The notes beneath the pieces were generated by a model. That model saw only the letters and a list, made by a program, of their open reading frames with translations, did not search any database and was not told where the DNA came from. This document shows, piece by piece, positions 52,601 to 61,600 of a stretch of DNA of 64,000 nt. The DNA is from Tubiluchus corallicola. Taxonomy: Eukaryota > Animalia > Priapulida. The translations under genes and the position numbers were made by a program. How positions within the stretch are numbered: the first letter of the stretch is position 1; each line of letters starts with the position of its first letter. The stretch is taken from positions 186,001-250,000 of the forward strand of contig JAQGDQ010000047.1 in the NCBI GenBank assembly GCA_030141605.1, written 5' to 3'.

Positions 52601-55600
52601 AACTAAGACTTATTTTTACACATTTTGTAGGTACACTAATGTACATTGCATTTATTTTTGTCATTTTACACAATGTACAATGTCATTTACTTTTTTTAAA
52701 CAGAGGTTTGTCATTTTGACAATGACCTGTGTGGCTGGACTAAAGATGCAAGTGCAGATTTCAACTGGGAGCGTGGCCGCGATGGTGATCCATCTAAGGG
52801 AACGGGACCTACAGTGGATCATACAACAAATACTGCTACAGGTACGACAACATGAAATCTTGAATGCATTATAACAATAAAACAATAAATGTAGCTGCTA
52901 GTTCACATTTTATTTTTTAATTTTATATATTAGAAAACAAGAAAATAGCAGATTAAATCAGTTAAATATTTGCATATGACCATAAAGTTTTTTTTGTTAG
53001 ATATAAAAAGGTTTTCTTGGTATTTTTTAAAAATTGATGTTTTAGCTTTTTCTAAGTTGAATGTGTTGATAGTTTGACTCTATCAATAAGTTGAGTTTAT
53101 GCAATTTTAGCTGTATAACCTGGAGCTAAGCTTTAAATGGGATCCCAGAATTTAATAGATGCAACTATACTTTTGTATAAATTTGAAATCTCACTTAACT
53201 AGTAGACAACATTGGACTACCATTAATAACATGAGATCAAACTGTAAAACATAATTTGTGGCATTCCTTGAGGAATGACATATGCGACATGCTAATTACT
53301 GCTGTAGATAATCTCTTTGCTTAGATTTTACCATATCCTAATTGCAGGTCCTACTCTCATTTAGATTTTGTTACTGAAATTCCAGTTACTTAAACTTAGA
53401 AATGGCCTCCACTTGCTGCCTCCTTGTACCATAAGTTAGAATTGTCACTACTGAGTCTCTAGCAGATAGCTAGCTAGATTCAGCCATTTCCTTGTATATA
53501 AAGAAACTGTATATAAATGAATGACAATGTGCTGTATATTAATTATCAAATACTTTTCAGTGAAATTTTTAGCAGAATTAATGTAAATTTTTAAGCTTTT
53601 GCTTTTGTTTTATATTTTTGTTTGATACCTTCTAGGCTACTTTGCATATGTTAACCCTCTTACTAACAATCCTCATGAGAAAGGACGACTAAAGAGTCCT
53701 GAAACTGATTACACCGCACTGGGAGAATGCTTGGAGTTTTTTTACCACATGACCAACAATACAGGTATTCTGTATGTATACATGGAAGAGAATGGCCAAT
53801 TAGGAAACCCATTATGGGGTCAATCAGGTGATCATGGCAATGCCTGGAGGAAAGGATCGGTGACAATGAAACCAAAGTCATCTTCTTGGAAGGTCAGCAA
53901 TGGTTTTGTGTTTTAAATTGTGCAAAATTTTTCAATCTTCTGCTTCATGGTTTGGCAAATTGGTGCTCCAAATTCCAGGCTGTAAAGTTATCAAGGTTTT
54001 TAACCTTTGGGAGTTCAGTCTAACAGTTTTCTGAGCACCAAAAAATTTGTGTTTGAACAGTTACAGTTATTACTTTCTGGACATACTATTTTAATTCCTG
54101 GTAGACTGAATGATGGATGTATCATAAAAGATAAATGTATTTTTTTATAAATTATAAAAATTGTAATTGTGTGCATCAAACAAAGATGGCAACATTTCTA
54201 GAAACAGTCATATTTTGCTATACATATCACCTTAAACAAAGTTCGCAGCTACTCAAACTAAGGCATACTTACAGTAACGACCTAAGTAAGGATAATTACT
54301 GATACCAGCATTGATTTCGTGCATTGACATAGGTTCTCCTAATGCTTTCTCTGCCATATGACAAAAAATTACAAACTGGGCTTTTGAGCCATCCCATCAT
54401 AAAAGCAGCGTTGGATAGTAACTTGTTACTGCAGTTAGATTACTTTTTTTGGTAATGAGTAATATACTACAGTTAGGGCTATACTTTAGGGGTAAAGCTA
54501 CTAAACCTGTGTTATCTACCCATGAATAGCTATTTTAAATTTAGGCTATTTTGATCATTTTAATGCCTTGCTTTTGTTTATCTCTGCCACATAATTCCTG
54601 TACGCTGCATTGCATTATGACAGTTTATTACTTTATTTGACATTCAGATTGACTGCATCTAAAAACTTCTACAGCCGTAGCTGATTATTTTGTACATTCA
54701 ATGCTTGATCACATGCGTGGTACTGCCAGGCAATGTATATAGTTTAATAAAGCCAGTAACATGGCTGAATATTATTGTGTTACATGTTTTAGTCGTTTGC
54801 AGTGACGGCTGATGAAAAAGATCAGGTTTCGTCGTCAGCTCAGAAGCAGGAGCAGCTTTTTGAAAATTTAACATATTTTGGGAAATAAATGATTAGATTA
54901 GATATTTTGCTAGCATCATTTTTGTTTGTCATTATAAATTTCAATAATTTGTGTTGCTACTTATTGTAAGACTAGTTGCGCCAGTCAACACCAACGAATC
55001 TTTCTCGCAATTTGTCAATGAAAATGTTGCAGTTAATTTTGCTGGAAAATTATAGAGTGAATTAACCTAATAACAGATTTATGCATATTGGAGAAACAAC
55101 ACTCTGATTTCACTAAAACTAAACAGCTGCATGCGCATTTTTTGCCAAAGTATCACTAACGTATAAAACTAATGAGTAATCAGTAAGGAATAATTTGATT
55201 ACAATTTTTCAAAAGTAATTAGTAATCGTGACAAATTACTTTCCTAAAATAATAAACTCAACACAGCTTAAAAGCGTCCTGCTGAGTACTGCATTCACGC
55301 TTATACTGCGTAAAAGATATTAAAACATTAAAAAAAACTTACTGCATAGGCTGTGTTTGAAGCAGAAATCAGTCCAAAGCCGGTGCGAGAAGGAACCCTG
55401 GCAATAGATGATGTATGGTTTGAACCAGGAGATTGTCCTCCATATGGCAGCTGTACATTTGAACGTGATATCTGTGGGTATTATAATGATCGAAGCCAAG
55501 CTATATTAGATTGGCTGAGAGACAGTGGGAGCACCCCCAGTAGCAGTACCGGTCCAACTGTTGACCACACTTTAGGAACAGCGCAAGGTAAATGTTTATC

Positions 55601-58600
55601 ATAAGCATTTTTGCTCTTGCTTAACCAACCTGTGACTATGTGATTCATTTTGTATGTTCTTATCTTTCAGGGAATTAATAAATTGGTCATTTTTTGTATA
55701 TAGGTCATTATGTGTTTATTGAATCCAGTTCCCCAGCAAAACCGGGAGATAATGCAGTGCTTTATTCAAACGTGATGCCACCTTCGGCTTCTGGAGTATG
55801 CCTTAATTTCTGGTACCATATGTATGGTTCAAGTAAGTATTTCCAGCAATGAAAAATATTTAGTAAAATACTACCACTACTACTACTAATAATAATGATG
55901 ATGGTGCTGGTGGTGGCAGTGGCAGCGGTGGTAGTGGTGGTGGTGATGATGATAATAATGATGAATAACAATAATAATAATAATAAAAAGAACAAGAAGA
56001 ATATAAATAATTGAGTCTACAAAACATGTTCAAAAAAGACAGGTTGATTATGAATCGTTTGAATTTCTTTCTATTTTTTATAATGTTGTAAAATTTTGTT
56101 ATACCAACAAGTGAAAAAAATGAAACATGTAAAAGATACACGGATTGGCACAGGCAAAAACGATGATTTAAAGCCCTGCCCAAAATGTGGGTACCCGGCA
56201 CTCTTATGAACTGTTTACACAATCCGATAAAATCAGATTTTCGGGTGATTAGACGAAGTCAGATGAATCGGTTGCATGATCAGGTGAGACGACAAAATGG
56301 GATGGACCTTGCGTATAAAGGGAAATTTCACTTCCGACTTGTCGGAGGTGCGGAACTTTTCTTCCGTCTATTCAGCTTCCTGGTATTGTAATCTGTAATA
56401 AAATTTCTCACGTTCGCATGATGTCCTAATTATGAAAATCCACATTAAGTAGTGTAAATAAGAGAAACTGCAGCTACTCATTATTACGCATTATTTATAT
56501 AAGTCTTAAAATGGTTAGTTTATGTTTTGGCTTTGTAGCATACAAGGGCTTTTCCTGTTAAGAGAGACTGTGTGTGTGTGCGTGCGTGTGGGTGTGTGTA
56601 TGAAAGAGAGAGAGAGAGAGGGGGGGGACAGGGATTGCAGAGTGAGACAGGTAAAGTAAGAGAGAGAGGGAGAGCAGGAAGGGAAGGACAAGAGAAGAGG
56701 AAGAAAGAAAGTGAGCGTATGATAGAGAAAGGGGAATCCATGAGATTACTGCATTTAACAATTAAGACACATGATTAGATTACAAATTGTAGCATTTGGG
56801 TGTCTTTGTAAGCCAAATGTAACATTCAAACAGTATGCATTTGACAGACATCAATGTTAAAATTTACGTGCAAATGCAAGCTATTGAACGCTCTCTGCCA
56901 AATTTGTTGCTCAACAAAATCTGATAGAAATCAGATCATGTGAACCGGGCTTTACATTACCCAGTGTAGAAAATGCTGTCCAAAAAAACCAGCAACTGTG
57001 TTGTTGATTCATTGTTGATGAGTAGTTGTTGTGTTCAGCCGCTAACATGTCAATTTTTGCTTGTTTTGATAAGAATAAGTATCTGCCGGTGTATATTGAT
57101 TTTTGCTGTTTATTGATTTTTACGCAATGCGAAGTTTCAAAAACAACTTATGCCACTTTATTTTTAAACAAGATTGAAGTTTAATTTTGTGTTTACTGTT
57201 TAATGAACGGAGACTGAGTGGGTTACATATCAGGGACCGTGTTCTTTAAAGGGCAAGCAGAGACCTCATGTTTAGCGGTCTATGATTACTTAGTTCTGTG
57301 ATTGCAACACTCATGGGCAAAGTGAACACATATGTACGTTTGTGCATATGTAACATTTATTTCAGCAAATTTATATTGTAATGTCGTACTGTAAATATAA
57401 TCTTTACTTTACTTTTCTATGTACAGCCATAGGTCGCCTGACTGTCTATCAGGTCACAAGCACTACAGGTAGCTACCTAAATGGCCTAGTCATCGTAAAC
57501 ATTACAGGTAACCAGGGTAACGTATGGAAAGAGGCAAATGTGACACTAACCAGTAATGATGACTACCAGGTGACTTTTTATTTTGATTTTTTGGTAATTT
57601 TTTGCTCAAATTTAAGTTAGTGTTTATTTAGAACAACAATTCGTTGTCAAATTTGTATTGGGCTGTAGTGATGTTCGTGGCTTGCTAATAGTTACGACTA
57701 ATCTATGGATGATATTATTTGCTAATTGCATTGTAATGTTAGTGCTGTTTGTTATTATTGTAAACTTGAGAGGCGTATTTTTCCAAACGTCATGATACCA
57801 CGATACTGTAAAACTTACATGATTCCGTGAAAGAAAGTTCATTGAACTGCAGATTATCTATTTAAGTAATTCTAGTACATGCATCGGCAAATCCATACAT
57901 TCTAATTTCTGAAACAGGAGATGATGATTAACTCTATCAAAAGTCTTGCTAGCATCTACAAAGCACAAAAAGCAGGACTAGCATGACTTATGTACATATG
58001 AAGGATTTCCTTCAGCGCATATATACACCATCAATTCCATGTTTCTTCTTGAAACCAAATTGGTAATCAGATGCTCTTAAATTGGCCATAAACTTCTTTA
58101 AAATGCCTTGCTCGATAACTTTACTAATTATATCGGAGATAACTTATGGTCTATAGTTACCACAGCTAGTTATATACAAAGATTTGTTTTTAATAAGATT
58201 GTAATTAGTCTTCTGTTTATCAAGTGTGCATAAAAATCTATTGATTTTAGCCTGATTTATTAACAACACTGTACTTGATAAACCTCCTCCCTCTAACGAC
58301 TTTGTATTCGATATAGATTTATTTAGCCGTAGATTTAAATAAGGCATGTTGCTGATATGTTTGCTTTTGATTGCAGGTTGTTTTTGAAGCCACAGTTGGC
58401 ACGAGTTACTATGGCGACATCGCTCTTGATGATATATTCTTTCACGATGGTCTCTGCTTAGGCCATGTTGTAACAACTACAACAGACATAGTGCCTACCA
58501 CTGTAACGTATGGTATGTGCAAACTATTTGGAAAATATCGAATATGACACGCAGACTGGGTTATTAATGTTAGTGAAAATGTATTACGATTAATTTTTAT

Positions 58601-61600
58601 TTGCAACAAATGATCGGTTGTCTAAAAATTTGCAGATGCTTTAATGAATTGAAATGCAATAGTGATACTGATAGTAATGTATTTCTAGTTAGACTTGACT
58701 AAATAACAACTTATTACATATCTATTCTCTTAACATTCTTATGTTATGCTAAAACTTATGTGCAGTATTAGAATTTCCACTAGAATGAGCAGAAAATATT
58801 ATCAATGCTGTTAACAATACTTTGAAGAATATGTAATTAGAATCCATAAAAAGGTTGTTCTAAGTCCATTATAATTACGTTAAGAATTAATGAAGACGTA
58901 ACACATTTTCAACATTATTCTTTCCTAGTTAATTATTAACACTTTTCGGTGCAATGGCTTATTTTTTGCATAGCACCGTCGCAGTGGGACTGTGATTTTG
59001 AGCAAGCTGACACATGCAACTGGCAGTTTGATATAACAGCTGATTTCAATTATACATTACGACAAGGAAGTACGCCATCTGTAAACACTGGGCCAAGCGT
59101 TGACCACACAACTGGCACTTCATCAGGTAATCAATTAGTCATAACAGGTTGTTCTGTCCTATTTTAAGGGCAAATTCTGTATGGTCATTTTTCAGCAGTT
59201 TAGTAATCAGTGTAAATTTAGTCTTGTTATAATTATCTGATAATTTATTAGCTTTTGTCCAGTTCAGTTATAAATTTTAATTAATTCAGAATTAGTTTGG
59301 TTTTGGAGAGATGCAATGTTTCTGTCATCAGTAAACAGTTGGAGCTTAAACTGCTATAATTACAATTATTCACCTGCATGAACAGTAGACATATTATAGG
59401 CTTACAGCATGTTGTGTTTGTTATATGCGAATCTCCAGGCTGGTATATCTACATTGAAGTCTCTGGTGTCCAGTTTGGTAAAAGTGCTAGACTGCTGAGC
59501 AGCAACATGAACATTGACAACCAAGGAACGTGCATCAAGTTCTGGTACCACATGTACGGTTCAAACATCTACCGACTTAATGTGTATGCTAGAAAGGGTA
59601 AGTAGCTTACATTGGACCTTCAACATTTCTATAACTTATCACTTCAGTATCTATATGGTATTTAAAACATCTCGACTGCAGACAGAATACACGAAATATG
59701 AATAGCATGTCCTGAGAGCACCATGTTTGGATGTTGCTAAATTTGCTTAAAATGCATAAAACTGCTTCTCAAAGCTGCTCTATCGGATACGTCAGATTGA
59801 GTATAGCAATCTACCAACACTATTATTTTGTACATTTGAATTTCATTCAACCTGTGCTGTAATGTAGCTTTAATTGATGTATTAATGTCAAAAAAGATTT
59901 TGTAAAATTAATGCAACGTTAATAATATTCTGAAGTTAGGATATTAGGAAATCTGATTATTAAGAAACTGTATTAATTTTATGAATTGGCTTTTTATTTT
60001 GGCTATCCTAAATTGTATTTTCAGTCTTGGATTGACTAGTTAAAAACTTCAAATCCTGCTGATTTGTGGGGAAAGTCGAATAGCTAAGTGGTCATGGTAG
60101 GCAACTAATGTTCAACATAGCCTAGCTTGTTCAGTAAATGGATGAGTGACTGCAATAAAAACTGCTTCTGAGTGATATCATTTCTCATATTCAAATTTGG
60201 CTAAGATGTTCTGTAGGTCAATGCCTCATTTTGAAAGATTATCTCTGATAGCAAATTGGATTCCAGTACTGTTACAACATTTATCTTGCAGTGCATTTTG
60301 TAATGAATGAGGGAAACTGGCTTGTAATGTCCTAAAGTATACAAAAAGTGAGTTATAATCACTAGCCTGTCTATATAAATATTTTTATCTGTAATTGTTT
60401 AATTTCACAATAGTTTAATAATTTGCATTATTTTTGCCAAAACAGATGATGGCGACCTTGGATTGCCAGTATGGCAGAAGGAAGGAAATCAGGGTAATCA
60501 GTGGAAATATGCACAAGTGTTTCTCTCTGACTTGGGTACTCGTAAAATTGCTATGGAAGCTGTCGTCGGCACCAGTTTCTATGGCGATATAGCTCTTGAT
60601 GACATCACAGTCAACAGTGGTGATTGTCCACGTGCAGGTATTTATCATTTTTACTAGCAAGGAACTTGTATTGGCTCGAATTCTACATTTGTGTTTAATC
60701 AAATTTCTTTTTAAAAGTGCTTTAATTCTACTTAACATACCTATTTTTGTAACTGCACCATTTTTTTGATGCATAGTTTAACTCAAAATTATTATTATCC
60801 TATAATTGAATTGATTATCCTATAAATGAATCATTGGGTTTCCCTTTTTTCGTGCACATGCGTGACCTCTGATTGTGAATGAATTGGTTGAATAGTGACC
60901 TCCACTTAGGCATCACAGTTTTTAATGTCCCTGCGCAAATCTGTAAATATTTGTACTTCAAGAACTGAAATAAATTTGTTGGTGAATGTGTATGTCATAC
61001 TAACATCTTTTTGACATTGTTTATGAGATTGGTTTGGTGGTAAAAATCTTCCCATCTTGTTATAAATTAAGGTAATTCCAAATCAAATTCCTCTAGCTCA
61101 TTTATGCAAAATACTGTGAAGAACACTTAAAATGCATCCACATCTGTGAGCGCGTGACAATGAGGCGAGTGACACAATACGGGTAGTTTTTGTTGCACCT
61201 GTTATGTGGGTTGGATATTTCTAGCACAGAACAGTTATTAAGTATGTAATCACTTCTATAGACTATAATACACTTACAAAAATTTATGTTTACTATTAAA
61301 TTGCATAACTGATGTGAAAATCCTAGTAAACACTAGATTGTACATTATTCGGCAAAACTAGACCAGTAAGTAGCGACTCACCCTCTCATAATCCAGCCTA
61401 CTTCATTATACTGTATGTGCTATAGAAACAATAATAGTACAGTACAATCGAGGCACAGATTTAAATGCTGAGTTTAGATTTCGGACAAGCAGAATAGCGT
61501 GCTGGAATTCAGTGTTTGTCGACGGGAGGTATGTGGCATGGGTGAAGTTATTATTTTACGATTTTAGGACTGTGGTAAGACTTGCGGCAACTGAAAACTT

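Noticed and set aside
55762-56778. ORFs with poly-Leu/Ile/Thr/Tyr and ER/SL repeats
   Set aside because: They are translations of microsatellites inside an intron and a MITE.
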